Both the position numbers and the translations under genes were made by a program. A stretch of 64,000 nucleotides of DNA, taken from contig JAJDXV010000057.1 of assembly GCA_022823085.1 (NCBI GenBank), positions 19,891 to 83,890 on the forward strand. The letters are read 5' to 3'. Shown one piece after another: positions 18,138 to 26,261 of this stretch. The first letter of the stretch is position 1. Every line of letters starts with the position of its first letter. Under the pieces are notes generated by a model, which was not told the DNA's origin, made no database searches, and saw nothing but the letters and a program-made list of their open reading frames with translations. The DNA comes from Candidatus Poribacteria bacterium (GTDB lineage Bacteria > Poribacteria > WGA-4E > WGA-3G).

Positions 18138-20738
18138 ATGTTGAACGAGCAAAATACACGCCAATATCTCAAAGAATCCGAATTTGAAGACCTCTTTACG
18201 CAAGAACTCGGTTGGGACCATCACAACGACCCCCTCAACATCACAGTAGACGAAACCACATATCAACTCACCGCAATCGCCCAAAAACGCGGAATGGTCG
18301 TCTTTGAATGTCCTGCAGAAGTTTTCCCCCCGGATAAGGGGGGCAGGGGGATTACGCGCATCCCTGATTACGCCACCCGACGCAAGATCCAAAAACAAGT
18401 TGCAAAATCTGTTCACGAACATTTTATCATCTACACCGACCCTGAGAAAACGACAGACATTTGGCAGTGGGTCAAACGCGAGCAAGGCAAACCCGACGCA
18501 TGCCGTGAACACCGCTATAACCGTGCCGAACAGTCCGGCGATTCTCTGATTCAAAAACTACAAACCATCGCCTTTACTTTTCAAGAGGAAGAGGACCTTT
18601 CACTTATTGACGTAACCGGACGCGTTGGGACTGCCTTTTACGCTGAACGAGTTACCAAGAAATTCTATGACCGTTTCAAGAAAGAGCATGACGCATTCCT
18701 TAAATTCCTCAGTGGTATTCCAGATGAAGAGATGCAAAAGTGGTACGTCTCTGTGATGCTCAACCGTCTGATGTTCATCTATTTTATCCAAAAGAAAAAT
18801 TTCCTTGATAACGACATAGACTATCTATGTACCAAACTGACTGAGAGTCAAGCGAATAGCACCAACCGGTACTACCGAGACTTCCTCTGTCCGCTCTTTT
18901 TTGAGGGGTTTGCGAAACCGGAAAACGAGCGGAGCAGAGAGATGAAACGCCTGCTCGGTAAAATCCCTTACCTCAACGGTGGTATCTTCCAACAACACCA
19001 ACTTGAGACGCTTCACGGCGAAAACATTGACATCCCTGATAAAGCATTTGAACAGATTTTTAACTTCTTTGAGCAATACGACTGGCACCTTGATGACCGT
19101 CCCCTACGCAACGACAACGAGATTAATCCTGATGTTCTCGGTTATATCTTCGAGAAATACATCAACCAGAAGCAGATGGGTGCGTACTACACCAAAGAGG
19201 ACATCACCGAGTACATCAGCAAAAACACGATAATTCCGTTCCTTTTTGACAAGGCAAAAAAAGCGTGCAAAATAGCGTTTGAAGGCGAGGCATCCGTCTG
19301 GAACTTGCTACAAGAAGACCCTGACCGCTACATCTATGATTCCGTCAAAAACGGAATCTACGATACTGATGGGGTAAAAAAAAATCTTCCATCAGAAATT
19401 GCTATCGGAATTGATGATGTTTCCAAGCGTACCGATTGGAACACACTCGCGGACCCCGATTATGCTTTACCAACAGAAATCTGGCGGGAGACCGTCGCAC
19501 GTCGGCAGCGTTATGAAACCGTCCGATCCAAACTCGCCAACGGAGAGGTCCGCGACATCAACGATCTGATTACCTACAACCTTGACATCCGCCAATTCGC
19601 ACAAGATGTTATCGAAAATTGTGAGGGCCCCGAACTGCTCCGCGCCTTCTGGAAAGCCATCACCGAAGTAACAATCTTGGATCCGACGTGTGGCTCCGGG
19701 GCGTTCCTCTTTGCTGCGCTCAACATCCTCGAACCACTTTACGAAGCATGCCTTGATCGGATGCAAGTTTTCCTTGATGAGACGGGAACGGTTTCCTCCC
19801 TGATAAGGGGGGCAGGGGGGTTAGAGGATACTCCTAAAAAACCGAACTCCCGTAGATACAACGACTTTCGCGAACTCCTTGATCGCATTGATGAACATCC
19901 CAACCGCAAATATTTTACCCTCAAATCCATCATTATCAACAATCTCTACGGCGTAGACATCATGGACGAGGCAATCGAAATCTGCAAGCTGCGCCTCTTC
20001 CTCAAAATGGTGGCGCAACTTGAAGACGTGAAACGGATTGAACCACTACCGGACATCGACTTTAACATCCAAGCAGGCAATACCCTCGTCGGTTATGCCA
20101 CTTATGATGCGGTGGAAAAACCGGAGAGACGCAGGCTTGATTTTGAAAATGCAATGAAGGGTATTAGAGAAAAAGCTGAGGATGTGAAGATTCTATTTCA
20201 GGAGTTTCGCAGGCAGCAGACAACATTAGGCGGTGCCGTGACATATGCGGACAAAAAGAATTTACAAGATAGACTTCGGGAATTAGAAGATGAGCTCAAC
20301 TTATATCTCGCTGAAGAATACGGCGTTGATTCGAACAAACAATCTGATTACGAAAACTGGCTAAATTCACATAAACCTTTTCATTGGTTCATTGCATTTT
20401 ACGATATTCTTGAAGACGGTGGATTTAATGTCATTATCGGCAATCCGCCGTATGTGGAGTATAGTGCGGTGAAGGATGAGTACACGATTAGAGGTTATAA
20501 AACAGAAAGTTGCGGTAACCTATACGCATTTGTGTTTGAAAGAGGCTTCCATCTTCTTCAGCGCAATGGTTGGAAATCAATGATAGTTCCACACTCAGTG
20601 TACTGTACCGATAGAATGGAATCCATCCAGAATCTATTTCATTGTTCTAAGCGAGTGGGGTGGGTTCAAACATATAGCATCCGTCCGGCAAAATTGTTTG
20701 TCGGAGCCGAACAACGGTTAGCGATTTATATTCTTTAG
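18138..20738 (+). CDS. Gamma-class N6-adenine DNA methyltransferase (Eco57I / Type IIG / PglX-like), truncated at codon 866 by a MITE insertion
   Basis: Motif I 'ILDPTCGSGAFLFAA'; motif IV 'GNPPYVEY'. The ORF terminates at a TAG created at the MITE boundary (20736-20738). The continuation is in the same frame at 20857..21599. Confidence 0.85.
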   Translation: MLNEQNTRQYLKESEFEDLFTQELGWDHHNDPLNITVDETTYQLTAIAQKRGMVVFECPAEVFPPDKGGRGITRIPDYATRRKIQKQVAKSVHEHFIIYTDPEKTTDIWQWVKREQGKPDACREHRYNRAEQSGDSLIQKLQTIAFTFQEEEDLSLIDVTGRVGTAFYAERVTKKFYDRFKKEHDAFLKFLSGIPDEEMQKWYVSVMLNRLMFIYFIQKKNFLDNDIDYLCTKLTESQANSTNRYYRDFLCPLFFEGFAKPENERSREMKRLLGKIPYLNGGIFQQHQLETLHGENIDIPDKAFEQIFNFFEQYDWHLDDRPLRNDNEINPDVLGYIFEKYINQKQMGAYYTKEDITEYISKNTIIPFLFDKAKKACKIAFEGEASVWNLLQEDPDRYIYDSVKNGIYDTDGVKKNLPSEIAIGIDDVSKRTDWNTLADPDYALPTEIWRETVARRQRYETVRSKLANGEVRDINDLITYNLDIRQFAQDVIENCEGPELLRAFWKAITEVTILDPTCGSGAFLFAALNILEPLYEACLDRMQVFLDETGTVSSLIRGAGGLEDTPKKPNSRRYNDFRELLDRIDEHPNRKYFTLKSIIINNLYGVDIMDEAIEICKLRLFLKMVAQLEDVKRIEPLPDIDFNIQAGNTLVGYATYDAVEKPERRRLDFENAMKGIREKAEDVKILFQEFRRQQTTLGGAVTYADKKNLQDRLRELEDELNLYLAEEYGVDSNKQSDYENWLNSHKPFHWFIAFYDILEDGGFNVIIGNPPYVEYSAVKDEYTIRGYKTESCGNLYAFVFERGFHLLQRNGWKSMIVPHSVYCTDRMESIQNLFHCSKRVGWVQTYSIRPAKLFVGAEQRLAIYIL

Positions 20739-20856
20739 GACTTACGCATATCGCTCTTTTGTACCACAATCTGTTAGATTGTGACGCAAAAACGCTGTGT
20801 TTTCAGAAGAATCTCATCTAACAGAGCCACCTATAGCCAAAAGTGCGTAAGTCCTG
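20736..20856. mobile_element. 121-bp MITE copy 1 with 13-bp terminal inverted repeats and 5-bp target-site duplication TTCTT, inserted in the methyltransferase gene
   Basis: Ends TAGGACTTACGCA...TGCGTAAGTCCTG. Direct repeats TTCTT at 20731-20735 and 20857-20861. Internal palindrome CACAATCTGTTAGATTGTG. About 85% identical to the copy at 49592-49713. Confidence 0.85.
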
Positions 20857-21599
20857 TTCTTCAACAAGGTTCAAAGCCGTCTGATATTTTATATGCTTCT
20901 CGCTATCACAGATGGCATAAACAGTTTCGCTCTCATCTCTTTGCAGTTACGGAACATGCAGATGTTACGCAGATGTCGTTTAAAAACTCGGTCACCAAAA
21001 TATACAGTAACGTTGAACAAAGCCTATGGAAGAAATTATCTCAATTCTCAGTTTTAGGTAACTACCTCATTAGAAGCAGAACTCCTTACACAGTACATTT
21101 CCATAATGCACCGCGTTACTGGATTCGGGCAATGGACTTCGCACCTTACTTCTGGAACGAGCGAGATGGGGAGAAAATATCAACTCAGGTCAAGCCCCTA
21201 TACTTAACAGCAGAATTGGATGCGACCGTAGTCGTAGCAGCTTTGAATAGTTCACTCTTTTATTGGTGGTATGTTATTCTCTCTGATTGTCGCCATTTGA
21301 ATCTACGCGAAATTAGAGGTTTTTGCATCGGAATTGATGAAATGGAGGCGAAGATAAAGCAAAGTCTTTCTCAAATTTCTGCTGACTTGATGGCGGATTT
21401 AAAACACCACGCGCACCGTAAGGAAACAAGTTACAAAACTACTGGCAAAGTAGTCTATGACGAATTTTTCCCACGTCACTCCAAATCCATCATAGACAAG
21501 ATTGACCGCGTGCTTGCCCAACACTACGGCTTCACAGACGAGGAATTAGATTTCATCATCAACTATGACATCAAGTATCGGATGAGCTTGGGAAATTGA
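20857..21599 (+). pseudogene. Displaced C-terminal (putative target-recognition) part of the methyltransferase
   Basis: Removing the MITE and one TSD copy joins '...LAIYIL' directly to 'QQGSKPSDILYASRYHRWHKQ...' in frame, giving about 1120 aa in total. The track ORF 20781..21599 starts inside the MITE. Confidence 0.75.
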
Positions 21600-21902
21600 C
21601 GCACCCATACGTGTGGATTTAGGGAAGATGCTCATCGTAGGTTGGGCTGAACGGACGGGATCGAAACATGGGCATCTAAAAGAAACAGTCTACAGACGAC
21701 ACGCCTCCTGTTGCTGCAGGGCACCGAGTGAAACCCAACACTATACCAAAAACGTTGAATACGCGAAAGTTGAAAATCCGCGTCATCCGATAAATCCGCG
21801 ATTCAGACGAAACACCCCTAACACACAGCCCCTAATAGTCTTCCCTTCTTCAGTTCTCGAAATTTGCTTGATAACCCTACCCAAACGTGATAAACTATAC
21901 GC

Positions 21903-22043
21903 ATGACACAAGCAGAAACACAACCGCCGCAAGTCGTCTTCTATCGCGAGCGGAGTGGGCGTGTTCCTATCCAAAACTGGCTTGATGGGTTGCCATTTGA
22001 ACAAAATCCTGCCCTTTACACGCAGGAGATCGATTATGCATGA
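21903..22043 (+). pseudogene. Truncated HigB/Gp49-like (RelE/ParE superfamily) toxin remnant (46 aa)
   Basis: 'MTQAETQPPQVVFYRERSGRVPIQNWLDGLP...' matches the characteristic N-terminus ('VVFYRTASGREPVREWLKSL') of Gp49/HigB-like toxins but stops after 46 aa. Its stop overlaps the start of the next gene (ATGCATGA). Confidence 0.4.
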
Positions 22044-22866
22044 TAAAAGAACCACGACAGATGCAGTAGAAATTATGCACCAACTCTTTATTAAGGGGGA
22101 TCCTGAAAAACTGGCTCGGCTGGAGGAGGAAGCGGTTAATTTTGAGATTTCGCTACATGTCTATGATTTACGTACCTCCGGCGGTCAAACACAAGAAGAA
22201 TTCGGAGAGATAGCCGGTGTGGATCCCCGCGTTATTGATGACCTTGAGGTAGCCGACTATGAAGGCGATTCGCTCGCCATGCTCGCGCGTATCGAAAAAG
22301 CGACATTGCCACATATTTCCGCCCTCAATTTTCCTGCAGAGGGAGTTTACCCGAACGCACTTATCGGCACAACCCTAACTGGGCTTAAACTCAGACGACT
22401 TCGATACTTACCTCACAGACAAGGCACCGACGATCCAACGGCACCCTTTACAACTCTCAGATTTAACCTGAAAACGCTGCAAGGTAGGCAGTATACGGCA
22501 AGTGAGCTCGCATCCTGGCTCCATGTGCTCAAAATGAACCGGCAGGAGTTGAACATGTTCGCGCTCGCTAAGTTGACAACCTGGAGCCATCTCGCTGGGG
22601 AGTTGCTTGTTAAACTTTCGGGCGATCCGATCGAATACATCCGGGCGGTGGATACGCATACGCAACTCATCCGCGCAGCCATATACTATCTTGAAGAAGG
22701 GGAACACACAGCGTTCAAACAGTGGCAACAAGATATCGGTCCGCAGGAAGAAAAACGTTACATCGTAGAATTGGAAGGATCCCTCCACGATAGAGCCTTT
22801 GTGGAACTCCCAGACACAGAGTGGTTGACGCAGACACTTATCACATTTATAAAGAGAGACTTTTAG
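22036..22866 (+). CDS. HTH (XRE/HigA-like) antitoxin-type regulator with a long C-terminal extension
   Basis: HTH region 'LRTSGGQTQEEFGEIAGVDPRVIDDLE'. The track ORF begins at 21955; the start at 22036 is preferred because of the overlap with the toxin remnant. Confidence 0.5.
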   Translation: MHDKRTTTDAVEIMHQLFIKGDPEKLARLEEEAVNFEISLHVYDLRTSGGQTQEEFGEIAGVDPRVIDDLEVADYEGDSLAMLARIEKATLPHISALNFPAEGVYPNALIGTTLTGLKLRRLRYLPHRQGTDDPTAPFTTLRFNLKTLQGRQYTASELASWLHVLKMNRQELNMFALAKLTTWSHLAGELLVKLSGDPIEYIRAVDTHTQLIRAAIYYLEEGEHTAFKQWQQDIGPQEEKRYIVELEGSLHDRAFVELPDTEWLTQTLITFIKRDF

Positions 22867-22997
22867 ATCAATACCTTCGCTAAACAATTGACAACAAGTT
22901 AGCCGAAATCAGAACCCGGAATTCGTCATCTGTCACAAAAATAGCAAAATTCAGCGCACGAACAACCACCGTCCCAATTAGATAACCGAAAAAGACT

Positions 22998-24380
22998 ATG
23001 GAAATCACCGATCTCAAACAACGCATCGCACAACGCGAAAATACCACAACCGAATTCAAAGAGAACTTCGATCAAGAAGTAATTGAGACCGCTGCTGCGT
23101 TTGCCAATACCGATGGCGGTACGATTCTTATTGGCGTATCTGATAGCGGAGAAATCAGAGGTATTACCATCGGCAAAGAGACGCTAAGAGATGTATCAAA
23201 CCGGATTTCGCAAGCGACTGAACCGCGGTCGGTCCTGGACGTTGCGTCAGTTGACGTAGAAGGAAAGTCATTGCTGTTGGTGCATATCTCGGAAGCTTCC
23301 ATAAAACCTGTTTCTGTTAGGGGAAGATGCTATAAGAGAATCGGAAATAGCAACCGCGTCATGTCCCCACAAGAGATTGCACAGATGCACCTCAACGCTA
23401 CCGGACAAACTTGGGATCAACTCTTAGTTACACGTGCTGGACTTGATGATATAGATGAGAAAAAAGTCGAATGGTATCTGACCCGTCGAGAGACAATCCG
23501 GAATGTGTCTATACCGCAAGATATGAACATGGCAGCGTTTTTGAAGAACATTAAGGGTATCAGCGATGACGGAACACCAACCCACGCGGGGCTTCTTTTT
23601 TTCAGTAAGCACTCGCTACTAAGATTCTTCCACAACGCGCAATTACGAGTCGTCAGATTCAAAGGAACATCTGTCACCCATCCGGTCCTTGATCGGCTTG
23701 ATTGCGGCGAGACGCTCTGGGAAAACGTCGAGACCGCCGAGGAATTTATAAGAAAAAACATCCGATTGCTCAGTTTTCGGACCTCAAGGCGTTTCCAAAG
23801 AGACGATAAGTTTGAATACCCGCTTAATGCACTACGGGAGGCAATAATCAACGCCTTGATTCACCGCAATTACCAAGAAACTGCGGATGTCCGGGTCTTT
23901 ATATTTGACAACCGCGTTGAGGTTATCAGTCCCGGCACTTTTCCAGAAGGTGTTAGTCCAGATGAACCGGCTCACAAACCGGTAAACCCTACTTTGAGTC
24001 AATTCATGTTTGATGTCGGTTTCATTGAACGGTACGGTGCCGGTATCAGGATGATGCAAAGGTTATGCAGGGAATGGGGAAACAAAGCACCGCGTTATGA
24101 ATTTCACCCGCTTGAAACCAAAATCATCTTTGATTCCCCGATTCAAGAGAGCACTTATATTGAAATTGACGACATTTCAGAGCAGTTGAACGAGCGTCAA
24201 AAGAATGCGTTTTTCTACGTGCAAAGAAACGGGCAAATCACAAGAAAGGAATACATAGAGATTAATCATGTCTCAGTCCGGATCGCCTATGAGGAACTAA
24301 GAGATCTAACAGACAAAGGATTATTACATGTAACAGGCAAGGGTAGAGGAACCAAGTACGTACAAAAGGTAAACGATTAG
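22998..24380 (+). CDS. AlbA_2 (Schlafen-like 'divergent AAA') + HATPase_c_4/wHTH domain protein
   Basis: N-terminus 'TTEFKENFDQEVIETAAAFANTDGGTILIGVSDSGEIRGI' is typical of the AlbA_2 domain. C-terminal 'ALREAIINALIHRNY' is the HATPase_c_4-type motif. Confidence 0.7.
   Translation: MEITDLKQRIAQRENTTTEFKENFDQEVIETAAAFANTDGGTILIGVSDSGEIRGITIGKETLRDVSNRISQATEPRSVLDVASVDVEGKSLLLVHISEASIKPVSVRGRCYKRIGNSNRVMSPQEIAQMHLNATGQTWDQLLVTRAGLDDIDEKKVEWYLTRRETIRNVSIPQDMNMAAFLKNIKGISDDGTPTHAGLLFFSKHSLLRFFHNAQLRVVRFKGTSVTHPVLDRLDCGETLWENVETAEEFIRKNIRLLSFRTSRRFQRDDKFEYPLNALREAIINALIHRNYQETADVRVFIFDNRVEVISPGTFPEGVSPDEPAHKPVNPTLSQFMFDVGFIERYGAGIRMMQRLCREWGNKAPRYEFHPLETKIIFDSPIQESTYIEIDDISEQLNERQKNAFFYVQRNGQITRKEYIEINHVSVRIAYEELRDLTDKGLLHVTGKGRGTKYVQKVND
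23217..23251. repeat. 35-bp direct repeat, copy 2 (inside the AlbA_2-like CDS, encoding 'TEPRSVLDVASV')
   Basis: 33/35 identical to 14091-14125. Confidence 0.7.
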
Positions 24381-24426
24381 GTAAACGATTAGGTAAGCAA
24401 TTCTAAAAGATCAGCGGGAGAAACAC

Positions 24427-25731
24427 ATGCCAAGACAAAAGGGTGAAGGTATCACCAAGATAGCCGTGAAGGGTTTCAAGTCCATCGCGGAGGAATGCGA
24501 AATCGACATTCGTCCGCTGACGATTCTTTCCGGTGCAAATAGTTCCGGGAAATCCAGCATCATGCAACCGCTCCTGATGCTGAAACAGACGCTGGAGGCA
24601 CCGTATGATCCGGGGCCGTTGTTGATTGATGGACCGAATGTTCAGTTTACTGAGGTGGCACAATTTTTATCCCAGTTAACCGGCGGAAAAAAAGCAGATT
24701 GTTTTCAGATACGAATTGATACTTGTGATTCTGATTTTGCTTACTCAGTGGAAACAACTTTCAAAAAAGGGAAGACCGGGCTTGAAATTGCCAAAATGAC
24801 AACTGAAGTGAGACAAGCTGCTCAACCATTACCTTTCAAACATTATACCCTATATCCTGAAATGTCGGCTGAAGAAATCAGCGCACTGGGTAGCCAAGGT
24901 CCAATGCGTAGTGATTTTAAGGCGGTGAAACGTTTACGTTGTTTTTTGGGTTTTGAATCTCAAGCAAGTGATCATCTCTTTAATGTTACCTACAACCCTG
25001 TTGAGGCTTACATTTTTGACAGTATCCATCTCCCCGGATTACGAGGCAATCCAGTACGCATCTACAAATTTACCAGCACCGGTCCCTTATACCCCGGCAT
25101 ATTTGAACATTATGCTGCAAGCATTATTCACGAATGGCAGGAAACAACAGATGAACGCCTGAAAACGTTAGTTGATGCCCTTCATACACTTGGATTGACA
25201 AGACAAGTTAGCACAAAAAAAATCGGTGATGTCGGCATTGAAATTCAGGTCGGTCGCCTTCTACACGACAACGCTGGCGAAACGGACCTGGTCAATATAG
25301 CTGATGTAGGCTTTGGAGTATCTCAAGTTTTGCCCGCTATAGTAGCATTGATTGTAGCGGAACCGGGACAATTGGTTTATCTCGAACAACCCGAGCTGCA
25401 CCTCCATCCGCGCGCCCAAGTGGCATTGGCGAGAGTATTAGCAGACGCGGCGAAACGGGGTGTCCGAGTTGTCGTCGAGACGCACAGTTCGCTACTGCTT
25501 TTGGGAGTTCAAACGCTTGTTGCCGAAGGAGACCTCCCGCCGGAATTAGTTAAGCTTCACTGGTTTTCACGGAACAAAGATGGGGTGACTGAAGTTGATA
25601 GCGTGGACTTAGACGAAGCAGGGACTTATGGGGATTGGTCCATGGATTTTGATGATGTCAGTCTTAGCGTGCAGAGTCGTTTTCTTGATGCCGTAGACAA
25701 TGTTAGATTTGGTGAAAAGGAGGCTTCGTGA
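24427..25731 (+). CDS. ABC-type (AAA_21/DUF3696-like) ATPase
   Basis: Walker A 'GANSSGKSS'; Walker B / D-loop region 'LVYLEQPELHLHPRAQVALARVLA...VVVETHSS'. 434 aa. Confidence 0.7.
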   Translation: MPRQKGEGITKIAVKGFKSIAEECEIDIRPLTILSGANSSGKSSIMQPLLMLKQTLEAPYDPGPLLIDGPNVQFTEVAQFLSQLTGGKKADCFQIRIDTCDSDFAYSVETTFKKGKTGLEIAKMTTEVRQAAQPLPFKHYTLYPEMSAEEISALGSQGPMRSDFKAVKRLRCFLGFESQASDHLFNVTYNPVEAYIFDSIHLPGLRGNPVRIYKFTSTGPLYPGIFEHYAASIIHEWQETTDERLKTLVDALHTLGLTRQVSTKKIGDVGIEIQVGRLLHDNAGETDLVNIADVGFGVSQVLPAIVALIVAEPGQLVYLEQPELHLHPRAQVALARVLADAAKRGVRVVVETHSSLLLLGVQTLVAEGDLPPELVKLHWFSRNKDGVTEVDSVDLDEAGTYGDWSMDFDDVSLSVQSRFLDAVDNVRFGEKEAS

Positions 25732-26261
25732 GATCAAGAAATTCAAAACGATTAGTAATTGACACAGATGTTGCCCAAGCGTCTGGTGATGAGGCAGCAA
25801 CCGATCCACGGGCTATCAATTGTCGTGATTTCCTAAAGGAAGTAAGGACTCAAGATCATAGGGTGGTGATGACGAGAGAAATCAGCGACGAGTGGAAAAG
25901 ACATCAATCTCACTTTGCCTTTGAGTGGCGGGTGTCAATGGATGCGCGTAGAAAAATAGACCGCATCAATCCACCAGAATATGCAGAGATCCAAGCCAAA
26001 GTCACAAACACAACAAGCGATGAAGATGAGATTGAAGCTCTACAAAAAGATTTTCACCTTCTCCAAGCAGCACTCACAACCGATCAAACGGTTATTTCAC
26101 TGGACGAAACCGTCCGAGGACTTTTTGCACATGCGTCCCAACAGGTCGGCGAAATCCAGCACATCATCTGGGTCAACCCAGATAGAACAGCAGAAGAACA
26201 ACCCATCGCTTGGCTCCAAAACGGCGCACTACCTGAAGCACATCGTCAACTTTCCGCTTGA
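25728..26261 (+). CDS. Small partner protein of the ATPase (177 aa; possible PIN-like/nuclease fold)
   Basis: GTG start overlapping the ATPase stop (GTGA). Strong RBS 'AAAAGGAGG' 5 nt upstream. N-terminal 'RLVIDTDVAQ' resembles the first strand and acidic residues of PIN-like domains. Confidence 0.5.
   Translation: MRSRNSKRLVIDTDVAQASGDEAATDPRAINCRDFLKEVRTQDHRVVMTREISDEWKRHQSHFAFEWRVSMDARRKIDRINPPEYAEIQAKVTNTTSDEDEIEALQKDFHLLQAALTTDQTVISLDETVRGLFAHASQQVGEIQHIIWVNPDRTAEEQPIAWLQNGALPEAHRQLSA

Noticed and set aside
14393-20018. Multiple short ORFs overlapping the PLD-SNF2 and methyltransferase genes (e.g. 14820..15266-, 16328..16651-, 17038..17442-, 18135..18554-, 19467..19766-)
   Set aside because: Overlapping or antisense shadows of two long, motif-rich CDSs.
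18138-21599. Classifying the locus as canonical BREX (PglX) or DISARM
   Set aside because: No PglZ, BrxC or BrxL and no DUF1998 DrmA/DrmB genes occur in the window; only partial component resemblance.
21613-22055. ORFs 21613..21906(+) and 21783..22055(-)
   Set aside because: No motifs or RBS. The region is better explained by the HigB-like stub (21903..22043) and intergenic DNA.
24377-24412. 12-bp tandem duplication GGTAAACGATTA x2.3 spanning the AlbA_2 gene stop
   Set aside because: A trivial micro-duplication at the 3' end; no functional inference is possible.
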